Origin: Mesotaenium endlicherianum
Lineage: Eukaryota
DNA: 64,000 nucleotides
NCBI GenBank assembly: GCA_009602735.1
Contig: WELA01000485.1
Location: forward strand, 1-64,000
Direction: 5' to 3'
Below, one piece after another: positions 24,363 through 35,853 of the stretch. The position numbers and the translations under genes were made by a program. How positions within the stretch are numbered: position 1 is the first letter of the stretch; every line of letters begins with the position of its first letter. The notes under the pieces were generated by a model. The model was not told the origin of the DNA, did not search any database, and saw nothing but the letters and a program-made list of their open reading frames with translations.

Positions 24363-27300
24363 TCCAGTCTACTGACTGTGAGGATGCTAGAGATAGTGAG
24401 TCGTCACTAGCTACCCTCATAGCAGGTATTATGGGTTCTGCTGAACTGGATTCACTATGCATGCCTGACAACCAGATAAAGGAGACCATCAGCAATATAG
24501 ACGTCCAGAGAGTGCACACTCTGGATGCTCTTGTTCCACCTGATGTCCAACATTTCTTTGCTAAGTCAGGAGAACAATGCGAAAGTCAGGAAAAGACAGT
24601 CCTCCCTATCCTACTGCATTGCATGATTGCAGGTAGGAAGGTGAGCGCATTTGTTGACGGAGGGGCGTCACATACTTTTATCCACAAGGACTTAGTTAAG
24701 CGGCTAAGGCTGCCTACTGTCACCCAAGGGAATAGAAAAATATTCCTTGGAGATGCCTCAAGTATCCCGGGAGGAGTTATAACCAAGCCTATTGAGGTCC
24801 AGTTAGGTTTTGGCATTGCAATTCTAACTGAAACGCTTACATTTGAGGTACTCAACACTGGCTTTTATGATCTCGTGCTAGGCAGGTCCTGGCTTAATAG
24901 ACATCAAGCTGAAGTGTGTTGGAGCAGAGGTACAGTTAAAGTGAGAGGAGCCAGTGATGGGCAGACTGACTTGGCACCCACCAGTGCTCTTCCTCTTGTC
25001 CTGTGTGGATGGCAAATGAAGGAAAAGAAGAGGCTTCCAGAAGGATGCAAGTTGCTGAATGCAATGGAGTTCGTCAAAAGCTGGAACCAGAAGGAAGACA
25101 GAATGTTCTGTCTGCTACTAAGAGAGGTACCTCCTCAACCTGAAGAAGCGGTTGAGAAAAAGGTAAGCCCTCCGGAGCACCCTACTGCTGCAAAAATTGT
25201 TGCTCAGTACACTGATGTATTTAATATGTCTCCAGGACTACCCCCTAAGAGGGAAGTAGATCATAGGATTGATCTGTTACCTGGGAGTCAGCCACCTTGG
25301 CAACGCACATATGGCTTGTCTTATGTGGAGAGCAAGGAGTTGAAAACACGGATTGCAGAGCTTGAGGAAAATGGTTATATTTCTCTCAGTAAATCACCTT
25401 ACGGCGCACCCATCCTATTTCTTAAGAAAAAGGATGGCAGTATGCGGATGTGTGTGGATTACAGAGGCCTGTACAGAATTACAGTGAAGAACAAGTATGC
25501 TTTACCCAGAATCGAGGGCTTGCTTGATACCTTGTCAGGTGCTAAGGTGTTCAGTAAGATAGATCTCAAGAGTGGTTATCATCAAATCAGAATTGCTGAG
25601 GGGGATGAACACAAGACTGCCTTCCGCACACGTTATGGACACTATGAGTTCAACGTGATGCAATTTGGACTGACTAATGCTCCTGCTACTTCATGGGTGC
25701 TATGAATGACATTTTCAGACCTTATTTGGAGAAGTTTGTGCAAGTTTTCCTGGATGATATTTTAATTTTCTCTAAAGATGAAGCTCAGCACACTGAACAC
25801 TTAAAGACAGTCCTGGACACTCTGCGGAAGAATCACTTGTATGCTAAAATGAGCAAGTGTGATTTCTTTAAGGAAAGTATTGAATTCTTAGGCCACGTTG
25901 TCGGTAAAGAGGGCATCAGTGTGGATCCTAAGAAAGTACAGACCATAAGGGATTGGCCAGTACCACAGTCTGTCTCTGAGGTTGGATCCTTTCTCGGGTT
26001 GGCTAACTACTATAGGAGATTTATTGAGAATTATTCCACAAAGGCCAGTAAACTGACTGACCTTACTAAGAAAGACATCGGGTATGTGTGGGGGGAAGAG
26101 CAGCAGGCTGCCTTCCAGACCCTTAAAGATGCCCTTTGTTCTGCCCCAGTGCTAGCCGTGTATGACCCCAGCAAACCGGTGCAGGTGGTTACTGATGCCT
26201 CTGACTTTGCCATGGGTGCTATTTTGTTGCAGCCTGCTGACAAAACCACAAAGGATGGTAAGATACGGCAGGAGTGGCATCCTGTGCTGTATGAGTCTAT
26301 GAAATTCAATCCAGCGGAGATTAATTACTCAGTGCATGATAAAGAGCTACTAGCTATCATTCATGTACTCAAACAGTGGAGAGCATACTTACATGGTAAA
26401 GCTTTTGAGGTGATTACAGATCATCTAGCTCTGACTCACTTTCAGAAGAAGTCCAAGCTGACGAGGAGGGAGAACCGCTGGAGCCAGATGCTGGAGCAGT
26501 TCCAAGTCCAAATCGACTACAAACCAAGGAAGTTGAATCCTGCTGATGCACTCTCTAGAAGACCTGACTTGCAAGAAAGGAACTTTAGTCAGCATGCTGT
26601 AGATAAAGTCCTGTGTGCACTCACTTCACTAAAGGTGAAAAAGTCCTTCCTTGAACAACTTAGGAAAGCCTACCTTTCTGACCCAACATTTGAGCCCAGC
26701 CCCACTACTGGTGTGTGTCGTGCTACTGCACTCGGGTATAAGCTTAAGGGAGGGGTCTGGGTGACTGAAACCACTTCAGGCAGGCTAAAGCTGGTCATTC
26801 CTAATAACTTGGAAGTAAGGTCTCTCTTATTGAGTCAAGCGCATGACAATCTCCTGGGTGGACATTTGGGGCAGGCCAAAACTGTTGGCAAATTGGCAAA
26901 ACATTATCATTGGGAGGGGTTACCCCGGGAGGTCTTGAAATATGTCAAGTCCTGTGACCAGTGTCAGAGAAATAAGTCTCGGCACACACCACCCGGAGGT
27001 CTCTTGCAACCGCTGCCCATCCCAGCTGGACGCTGGGAAACTATATCCATGGACTGGGTGGTCTCACTACCAAGAACTGCCAACGGGCATGATTCAATAC
27101 TGGTAGTCGTGGATAAACTGACAAAAATGGTCATTTTTATCCCCACAACTGTCAAAGTGACTGCACTCGAAACAGCGAGACAGTTTTACAACCATGTAGA
27201 ATGCCAACATGGGCTCCCCGCTAATATCATCTCAGACAGAGACTCAAAATTCACCTCTAAGTTCTGGAGAGCTTTAATGGGGTTAATGGGAGTCAAACAG

Positions 27301-28146
27301 CTGCTCAGCGCAGCAAACCACCCTCAGACTGATGGGCAGACTGAAAGAACTAATCGAGTTCTGCAGGAGGTGCTGAGAGCATATATTAACCAAAAACAAG
27401 ATAATTGGGATGACCTGTAGCCTCAAATTCAATTTGCGGTCAACAGTGCGGTGCACGCGTCAACGGGCAAGACTCCTTCTGAACTCAATCAAGGTAGAGC
27501 CCCTAAGTCTCCTTTAGATGTACTGGGGGAGTCTTTAACTGACCCGGAAGGGATTGACAACCCGATCTCCCTCCAGTTAACTCAGGAGTTTGCTGACACC
27601 CTGTCAGAAGTCCAACGAAACCTGCACAAGGCCCAAGAAAACCAACAAAAATACGGTAATCAACACCGTCGGGAACTGACATTTTCCAAGGGGGATTTAG
27701 TAAAATTGCATTCTCAGCACCTGTACCTCCCTGGTGTGGTCAAGAAAAAGCTTGGCCCTGTCTGGGTCGGTCCATATTCGGTAGTGCGTCGTGTCGGTCA
27801 CAATGCTTACAAACTGACCATGTCAGCAGACTACAAGGGTCACCCGGTCTTTAATGTCTCCTACCTGGAACCATACATCAAAGGTGATACACTGTTCACA
27901 GGTCGGTTACCTGTCCAACCGGGACCGGTCCCCGCTGTCCGGGACGGCGATCCTGAGGAATATGAGGTCGATGAGATTTTAGACGCTCGCTCGGTCCGTC
28001 GATCGTCTAAATATGTCATGAAGTACCTCATCCGATGGAAGGGTTACGATGCCTCTGGGGACACTTGGGAATTTAAAGACCAGTTGACCAATGCCAAAGG
28101 GGCGTTGAAACGGTTCCACCTTCAGGCGGCTGGGGCACCTCCCTAA
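24335..28146 (+). pseudogene. pol: E1 pol: protease, RT, RNase H, integrase, chromodomain
   Basis: [40 protein letters not shown]...[33 protein letters not shown]...YLIRWKGYDASGDTWE. One frameshift (~25693) and one stop (27418). Confidence 0.95.
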
Positions 28147-28496
28147 CAGTCATTTCAGTTGACACGGAAAGGTGACAGGAGGTCCTGTCTACATATAAGT
28201 TGGAGGGAGATGTGACAGTTAGTGACAGTTGTGACAGGCAGCCCACTTTTAAATTTTAGTTGGAGGAAGTGGTAGTCTCTGATCACCATATTACCCACTC
28301 AACCTGCGCTCACACTCACTTGCTCTCCAACTCAATTTTTCCTTATATTCGCTCACACCAGGTATTCCACTCTAGGAACTCTCCCGATCGCGTCCCTCTT
28401 CATCAAGGGCACTCAGTAGCGGCAAAATATCATGACTTCACTAACTGCATTGTGTTTATGATTGAGNTACTAACTGCATTGTATTTATGATTGAGC

Positions 28497-30157
28497 ATGA
28501 TGACTCAAAAGTCGGAACTCAAGAGGAAGAGAAGGGCGGAAGAGGCACATGCAGAATACTTGCAATTCCGTGGAGACATCGAATCATCTTCCATCACCGC
28601 TCGGGAATCACAACGACTCCAACAACAGCGGGAGGCATAGAAGAAGAAGGAGGAGGAGGAACAGGCCAGACTGAGGCAGGAAGAAAAGCTGCAGAGGAGG
28701 CCAAAGAAGCAGAGGAGGAGAGGCAAGCTGAGGAGAAGCGGAAGCAGCAGGCTGAAGAAGAAGAACAGAGGAGAATCAGCAGCTACCGCTACACGGTGCT
28801 GGGCAAGGGCTTTGATCTACTGGAGGAGGCCTTCAAGTATGCCCAGAGAAGTCGCAGTGAGTCGCAGAAGGAAATCCTCCAGAAGGAAGGGGAGACATTC
28901 GAAAACTTTGACAAGTATATAGAGGTCGGCACAGGGCTCCTCCTCTACCACGATTGCGCCAGGATGGTAGGATATACGGTCAGAGGGGCCAAGGCAATGG
29001 CCCAGATGAACGAAGCAGGGACTGTTTCAATTCCTGGTATCTGCGGGAAAGATAGGGTCATCAGGATGATCCCTATGCACGCGGACAGCTTCAAGGACTC
29101 AAGACCCCACAATAGGTTCAAGGCCATGTACAATGAGGTGGAGAGGAGGAGCTGGGAATTCTTGGCCAGAGAAACCAGTCAGTTGGACTTTGCAGGGCAC
29201 CGGTACCCTTGTACTCTCAAAAAGACAGACGTTGCCTTCTTCCAAAAGCCCACTGATTGGCGGTGGATGACCATCAACATGAGGGACCAGCAGAATGACA
29301 GGGCGACGGATGAGGATTTCCTTACAGACGTAAACGGGAACATAGTATTGCCCCCTCACATTGCGGCTTGGGACCCAAGATTGGATGGAGTCAGAGACTG
29401 CATGAGGCAAGAGATGCAGGGGGACAGAATCAAGACTTGAGAGTCCTTTTCCAAAGGGAAGCACGCTTATGCCAAATGGGCAAGTAAGCAGGGGGAAAAG
29501 GACCTCTATGCGGTCCGAACTCAGCAGCCCCCACCAGCACCCAAAAGGGGAAGGTCAGTAGGATATTCTTTTTCTCGGGAAGAATTGGAGCAGCGGACAG
29601 AGGAGACCCCAGAAGTCTCAGAGGAACCCGGGGACGACGAGGAGGCGGAGTCGGAGGAAGACGAGGAGGAAGGCAAGGAGGAGGACACTAGCCCCGCCGT
29701 GATCCTGACACCGGCCACATCCCCTGTAAGGGAGAAGACGGGGTGGGCCCCGCCGAAACTCGCTCAAGAGGAGGATATCACTTGGCTGGGGATTGCCAGA
29801 GGACAGAGCCCATCTCCAGGCAAGGAGACCCAGTCGGACAAGGCAGACAGGAGGGCTGCTCGGGAGATAGCCAGAGGCCTGCCAGCATCTCCCTCGCACA
29901 GAGGGCATGTACCCTTGGCTCATGTCATGCAACATCCTTCCGGCATGCCAGTATACGTACCTGTCAGTTTGAGGGCTGCCCAGGAGAAGGCTGCCTCTCT
30001 TCAGTTTCAGACTGTATAGGAGGAAACAGCCATGTTACTGCGTTCTCCGCCGGGTCCCCACACGGAACCCCCTTCTCTGATAGGCTTCAGAAGACCCCAA
30101 GACAGGAGGAGGTCTGGCTCCCCTGAGTATAGAGCCTCAGGGACACCTCCCTCCTAA
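28497..30157 (+). pseudogene. E1 additional 3' ORF of unknown function (sense strand)
   Basis: Charged coiled-coil-like N-terminus, mixed-composition core, acidic/Ser-Pro tail; conserved in E2 (41230-42890) with partly different lesions. Confidence 0.75.
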
Positions 30158-30242
30158 TGGCAGTAGGCTGGAGACGGAAGAGACAGCACGCTGTTATTAG
30201 TGTTAGTGTTGTCGGGGCGACAACATGATAAGTTGGAGGGAT

Positions 30243-30963
30243 TGTAATGAATCAGTATATTGGCTGACATAATATTCTTTTAAATATAATAGTTAATTAA
30301 GTTCAGCCTGCTGAAGTCTAGTTAATGATTAGCCTGCTTGACTATATATATAATAACAGTTTAATGAATCGGCCCGAGGTAGCAGGCTAAGGTCACCTTA
30401 AGTCAGCTTGCTGACACATTCTTTGACAGCCAGCTGACTTCCGTACTCAATAGCAGCGAACTGCCTCGATATGTATCTAAGTGTGGTATGCTAGATGCAT
30501 GGCCAGATGACATCCCTATGATGGATGGCGATTCGGGATGATGGGAGATGGCGGTGGATTTGGTTAACCGAGGTCCTACCAACGTGGTTAACTCCCGGGT
30601 AGGCGGTGCCATCGCACTGGCCGTTGAACAGTAAACTCATTCCATGTACATATGCTAGGCATTGCTCTCGAGTTCGGCATTCGGAAACGAGGCCAACTCT
30701 CTTGTACAGCTTACTGAGAGAGATCTGAATCCAAGGCGAGAAGCCATTGATACGCACTGTCTTCTAACCTTGCTTATGTATGAGTTTACTGATTTGCATT
30801 ATTGATGCTAGTTCACTCGCATTTGACTTACGAGTATTATTCACTGCTAGTGTGTTGTCCTTTGCCGTTTAACTAGTTAACGGAAAATACCATAAAGATT
30901 ACTTGCTGATATGCAGATCTTTATTAATTGTTAATCGCCTATATGGTAAGTCGATTTATTTCA
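30243..30963 (+). repeat. E1 3' LTR
   Basis: Preceded by AAGTTGGAGGGAT; ends TCA then TSD ATTCT. Confidence 0.95.
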
Positions 30964-31983
30964 ATTCTCCTCCACCCACTCGTCCCTCCGCAATCCTCTG
31001 TAACTATCACTCTGTGTGGTTCCTATGATGCGGAGTTGTAGGCACTTTTTGGTGTGCTTATGTGGTTAAAGCTGTCGGGTCGACAGCTATTTAAGTTGGG
31101 GAGAGGGAGATGGGATGCGTATTAGGAGTATATGCTGTGCTTACCTGCATACTCAGCAGCCAGTGTATGTACTAACTGAGTCATACACTGCCACGTCCTA
31201 TGTATGTACTGCATTAATATCAGGAGCATCAGTGACTGACTGGTGTAAATTGTGAGTTGCAGTACACTGTTGGAGCAAGTGTACTTACTAACTGAGTAAG
31301 TACATTGCCATAAGTGGGATTGGGTAGCAATGATGCATGGCACACTAGGGAACTGCTTGAGGTGACCAGCATATTGCTCAAAACCATATGTTTCTTTGAA
31401 CTTAGAGTGTCCTGAAAATGTGGTTAAAATTTAAAATTTCCATTGGCTCATTAACCTGATGTTACTCATCTTGTGAGGGCATTCAATGCCATCAAACCAG
31501 TTGGTCTCCCTTTTCCTTCAGTACACTGAATGTTGAGCAGGTACCTAAGTCACAAGAAATTGCTTGTGAGGAGCTTTCAAGGTGGGAGCACGGCAGGAGT
31601 TGAAGACCAAGAGAAGGAGAAAAGGCTTAGTTCAATGCGCTGAGCTTTAATAACATTCTTTCATTGTTTGACCTCAAAAGGAGGCTGTTCGATTTGGGTG
31701 TGGTTTGCATGGTGTGAGGTGCTCTATTATGTCTTTCAACCGGAAGGACTATTGTGAGTAGGGGTAAGTCCATGCATGTCTTCAGTTAATGATTGTGAAG
31801 TCAGATGGTTGCTTGCATGACAATTTGTTGTGATTGATTTTCACTTGCACTGGGTAGGTGAATACATTACGCTCGTGTCTTGTTTGCTTGCTTTGCTTCA
31901 CCTAGTTGACTGAAGTGTAATATTAAATAAATGTATCATATACTGAGTGTTGTCGAGGCGACAACAATTTAAGTTGGAGAGAT

Positions 31984-33299
31984 TGTAATGAATCAGTTCG
32001 TTATTTATTTAATTAATCGCATACATAAATATAACACTAAATAAGTATTATGTCTATATACTCACATGTGCGAGTTCATCTAAATGAATGTATGTCGATG
32101 TAATGCGAGTTTACTTACTTTGTCAAAAGGTCAGCAAGATGACTTTTGTACCATAGTGTAGTTTGCTGACTTTGTTGAAAAGGTCAGCAGGATGACTTTT
32201 GTATCATAGTGTGGTTTGCTGACATTGTTGAAAAGGTCAGCAGGATGACTTTTGTATCATAGTATAGTTTGCTGAGATTTATTTATCAGTTATATACAGG
32301 ATATAACATCAGTAGGTTGACATGTAGTAAGCTCGCTTGATATTAGTCAATATACTTAGCTTCAGTACGCTGAGGATAGACATATTCATTTAGATTGTTA
32401 TTTGTAGATTGGCACATGTTACCCGTAGTATACTGAAAGTCGGGAGGTCGACTGAGATTCGGTAAACCGATGTCCTACCAGTGTGGTTAACTCCTAAGTA
32501 GGCGGAGCCGTCGTCAGTCAACTGAACAATTAGGACTTCAGTCAACCGACCAATTAATATGGTCGTTATACCTAGATCCCTGGGTCCCAACTTAACGGGC
32601 TTCCCACGAAACGGCGCGCCTTGCGCCGTGGTCAACCAGGTGGTCACTAGGTACATAGCAGGCTGGGATCTCGTGGTCCCGCATTCTGGACAGTAGGCTT
32701 TACAGTCGGATTTCTACTTGCAAGTGATGTGTGCACTTTTTGGGTTCGTTCTAATGACAAGCCTTCACAAAAATTGCCATGGCTGCTTCGTTCGCGCTTC
32801 ATTTGGAGCGAACTAGGACGTTTCGGAAAGGTCTCGTCAAGATGCATCCGTTGCTGTTGAGTTTGCTCAATTTGGAGTAGTATTGACAGAGTTATGCCCT
32901 CTGACATTTCGGGGTCACACAGCGGACAGATTCCATGGTTTTTGCACCTAAGTCAGTGGGATGTGTTTGAGCTACTTTATGGTCATTTGAATGAGAGCGC
33001 CTTTGCTATTCAGTCCCCTGATGTTGTGTATGTGCTTACACATACTTGCATGCCTGGTAGGCAAGAGGTCAGGAGTTTCTAAAGGAGAAGCTCTAGTCCT
33101 CAAGCTCGCCTCTTTCTCGTGCCTTGTATTCGTGTGCAACTATGGCACACTACGATAAGTGAGTCAAGGGCCATAGATGAGTAAACGGAAGTCATTATAA
33201 GGGCAAAGATCGCTCCTTGATTTCACACGCTTCCACCTATCTCTGATCTTTTATATTTAAATGAAATATATTAATCTTTAATAAGCAAGATTCACTTCA
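31984..33299 (+). repeat. Element D 3' LTR
   Basis: Direct repeat of 18160-19473, preceded by PPT, followed by TSD. Confidence 0.94.
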
Positions 33300-35201
33300 C
33301 CTAGAGAGAAGTATGTCATTGCCTATGCCTCAGGCTCTAACAATCGAGCGGAGAGCAACTACTCGTCCTACGAAGGAGAGCTGCTGGCAGTGTTTTGGGT
33401 TGTCACACACTTCAGAGAGTATCTGTGGGGAAGACCCTTCACGCTGATCACGGATCACTCACCATTACTATGGCTGATGAAGAATGGAGACCTCACTGGT
33501 AAGTTGGCTCGCTGGGCTCTTAAGCTGCAAGAGTACCAAATGACGGTGGTGCACAGAGCAGGAGTGCTCAACAACGACACCGATGGACTCAGCAGGAACC
33601 CAGACCCATCTTCAGACGACAGAATAGGAGCCCGAGAGGACAAAGACCCGAGCAGCCCAGCAGAGTTGGTGGCCTGCCTAGCCGAAATGGCTGGAATGGT
33701 AGAATCAGGTGAAGCTGAACCTCTACCCCTGTTCAGTTCAGAGATCTGGAAAGGTCAAGCTACTATGCACTGGCTGAAGACGGGAACTCACTTGGAAGGG
33801 CTATCAATAAAGGAGAAGGACCAGGTAAGCCATCGAGCTAAAAAGTTTTGCTGGAAACGCAACAACCTCTTTAAAATCTAAGAAATTGGCCAGGAGATGT
33901 TAGTGCCAGAACCCATCAGAAGAGCTCTTGTGCAGGAAATAAGCGAGGACACTGGACACTATGGTGTCAAGAAGACGTATAGTCTTTTGAAGCTGTCTTA
34001 CTGGTGGAGGGACATGAAGCAGCAGTGTGAAGATGTGATCAAGGCCTGCCAAAGCTGTGATCGCGTCAAGGCTGGTTTTACACAGCAACATCCACACTTG
34101 CAACCTTTGCCGATCATGGGCCTAGGCTACCGCTGGAGCTGCGATCTCGCAGGTGAGCTACCGCTGTTGAAGCGAGGTAACAAGTATATCATGGTCATGA
34201 TTGAGCATTTCTCTAAGTGGATAGAGGTCGTGCCTCTGACTGCTAAGGAGCGTCTAGGGACCGCGGAAGCGCTCCTCAATGGTGTGATTGTGCGTCATGG
34301 AGCTCCAGCAGAAGTGCTGACAGACCAAGGGTCTGAGTTCCAAGGGTCTTTTTAGAAACTCTTGGATAAATGCTTCATCGATCATCGCACTACGTCTAGA
34401 GATCATCCGCAAGCGGATGGTCTGGCAGAAAGGATGGTGCTAACCATAAAGTCTGCTTTGCGCAAGTTTTGCCTTGAGCATGACAAGCGTGACTGGGATC
34501 TGGCCCTGCCATGGCTGGTTATGGGTTACAGATTTAGCAAACAGACTGCCTTGGCGAGTTACTCGCCATATCAGATACTGTTGGGCGGAAGTCCAGTAGT
34601 GCCCAGCAGCATCAAGCAGGAGATTGAACAGGTGAAAGACCTGGACAGCCCTGATGAACTGCTAAAGGTGATGGTACGCCGTAAGGCGTTATCTGAGCGC
34701 ATGATGCCGGCTGCACTGGACAATCTGAAAATTGTACAGAAAAGAGATGCGCAGCGTTACGCCAGGATGCGAGACGGAAGTTACCGTCTGCAGATGACGC
34801 AAATTCAAGAAGGAGACTTTGTCTACCGCAAGCGCCAGACCAAGACCACCATCGACACCAGTTCAGGTGCAGTGATCTTACGCGTGAAACATGCGCTTGA
34901 CAATGGTGTGTTAGAATTGGAAGGTTCTGATGGTAAAACCATGAGAGACCACGTGCAGAATTGCTCTCTATGCCATTTGCCAAATATTGATCTTACGGTT
35001 AGGGTTGTGCCCGAGGAATTGGTGCCAGCCACACCTTGTGCCAGCTGCAAAGTGGTGGATGATCAGGAAGCAATGGTAACTTGCGGTAAGTGTGGTGCCC
35101 GTTGGCACACTTTCTGCATTGGCGTGGAAGAGATTATGGCAAGACAATGGGAATGCCCTGACTGCCTTCCTAAAACTCCTAGCCGTAAGGCTGGAAAATA
35201 A
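33300..35201 (+). pseudogene. pol: A1 RNase H, integrase and C-terminal PHD finger
   Basis: NYSSYEGELLAV, TDHSPLLWL; GHYG...CQSCDR; WSCDLAG, VLTDQGSEF, QADGLAERMV; C4HC3 pattern CASC-x11-CGKC-x4-H-x2-C-x12-CPDC. Confidence 0.92.
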
Positions 35202-35235
35202 TAGCTTTCAGCAGAAAGGTAGGGACGCCTCAGCT

Positions 35236-35247
35236 GAAAGGGAGGGG
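35236..35247 (+). promoter_or_regulatory. Polypurine tract of A1
   Basis: GAAAGGGAGGGG 35 nt after the integrase stop, immediately before TGTAAG. Confidence 0.85.
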
Positions 35248-35853
35248 TGTAAGAGGAATTCAGGCAAGACAGGTATTTTTAAAATCTTTTGCTAAAGTCC
35301 TAAGATAAGCAGACGGTGAGAGCTGAGTGAAGGAGAACGTTGCCCTGAGTACTGGTCATGGTTGCATGGTGCAAGTTCAGGAGCCCAGGGCTGGGTCAAC
35401 CTTGGTAAGGCTTGTCACCGACACACGTGCAAAGATCGATCGACCATGTTTGCCCGCTCGTGAGGAGGGCCACCGACACATCAACCAGGTCAACGGCACA
35501 CGTGCTGAAAGGCCACGCACGTGCCAAGGGACCGACACTGTTAGGCACGACAATATGTCTGAAATCGAGATTTGAGATATATTAAAAAATTCACATACTA
35601 AAATGCATGCCCGCGCATTCTTCCTCAGCATTCTTCAATGTAGCAAGTCTCCATAACCACAATCTAACTATATAAGCTAGCAAGATGAGCGTAGAAGTCA
35701 TTGCAGTGCAGAATTGTAGAGCTGCTAAGTTAGATCTCCTAATCCCGTCTCGTAAGCGAGCTCTATGTCGAGCAAGCTGCGGGAGCAAGCACTTCGTCAC
35801 CTAGCTATCACGTCAAGCCTACCCACCAGTAAGCCAACCACGTCCCGTCTCCC

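Larger units (their letters stand above)
22092..30963 (+). mobile_element. Element E copy 1: full-length chromovirus with an extra 3' ORF, TSD ATTCT
   Basis: LTRs 22092-22811 and 30243-30963, PBS 22813-22824, PPT ending 30242, gag-PR-RT-RH-INT-chromodomain; ATTCT at 22087 and 30964. Confidence 0.96.
18160..33299 (+). mobile_element. Element D: non-coding LTR element (LARD-like), TSD CCTAG, containing element E1
   Basis: LTRs 18160-19473 and 31984-33299; PBS 19475-19486; PPT 31971-31983; ~3.6 kb internal sequence without gag/pol motifs; CCTAG at 18155 and 33300. Confidence 0.92.
9211..35622 (+). mobile_element. Family A copy 1: Gypsy element with C5-DNA methyltransferase and PHD-tailed integrase, interrupted by solo LTR C and element D(E1)
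   Basis: Domains are collinear once inserts with TSDs CGTAC and CCTAG are removed, and copy A2 shows both empty sites. PPT 35236-35247 then TGTAAG. Right end approximate. Confidence 0.88.

Noticed and set aside
28439..28495. Short duplications around single Ns (28467, 49225, 61970)
   Set aside because: Contig-overlap artefacts; absent from sister copies where these exist (E2, other C LTRs)
28497..30157. env gene
   Set aside because: No signal peptide or transmembrane segment visible
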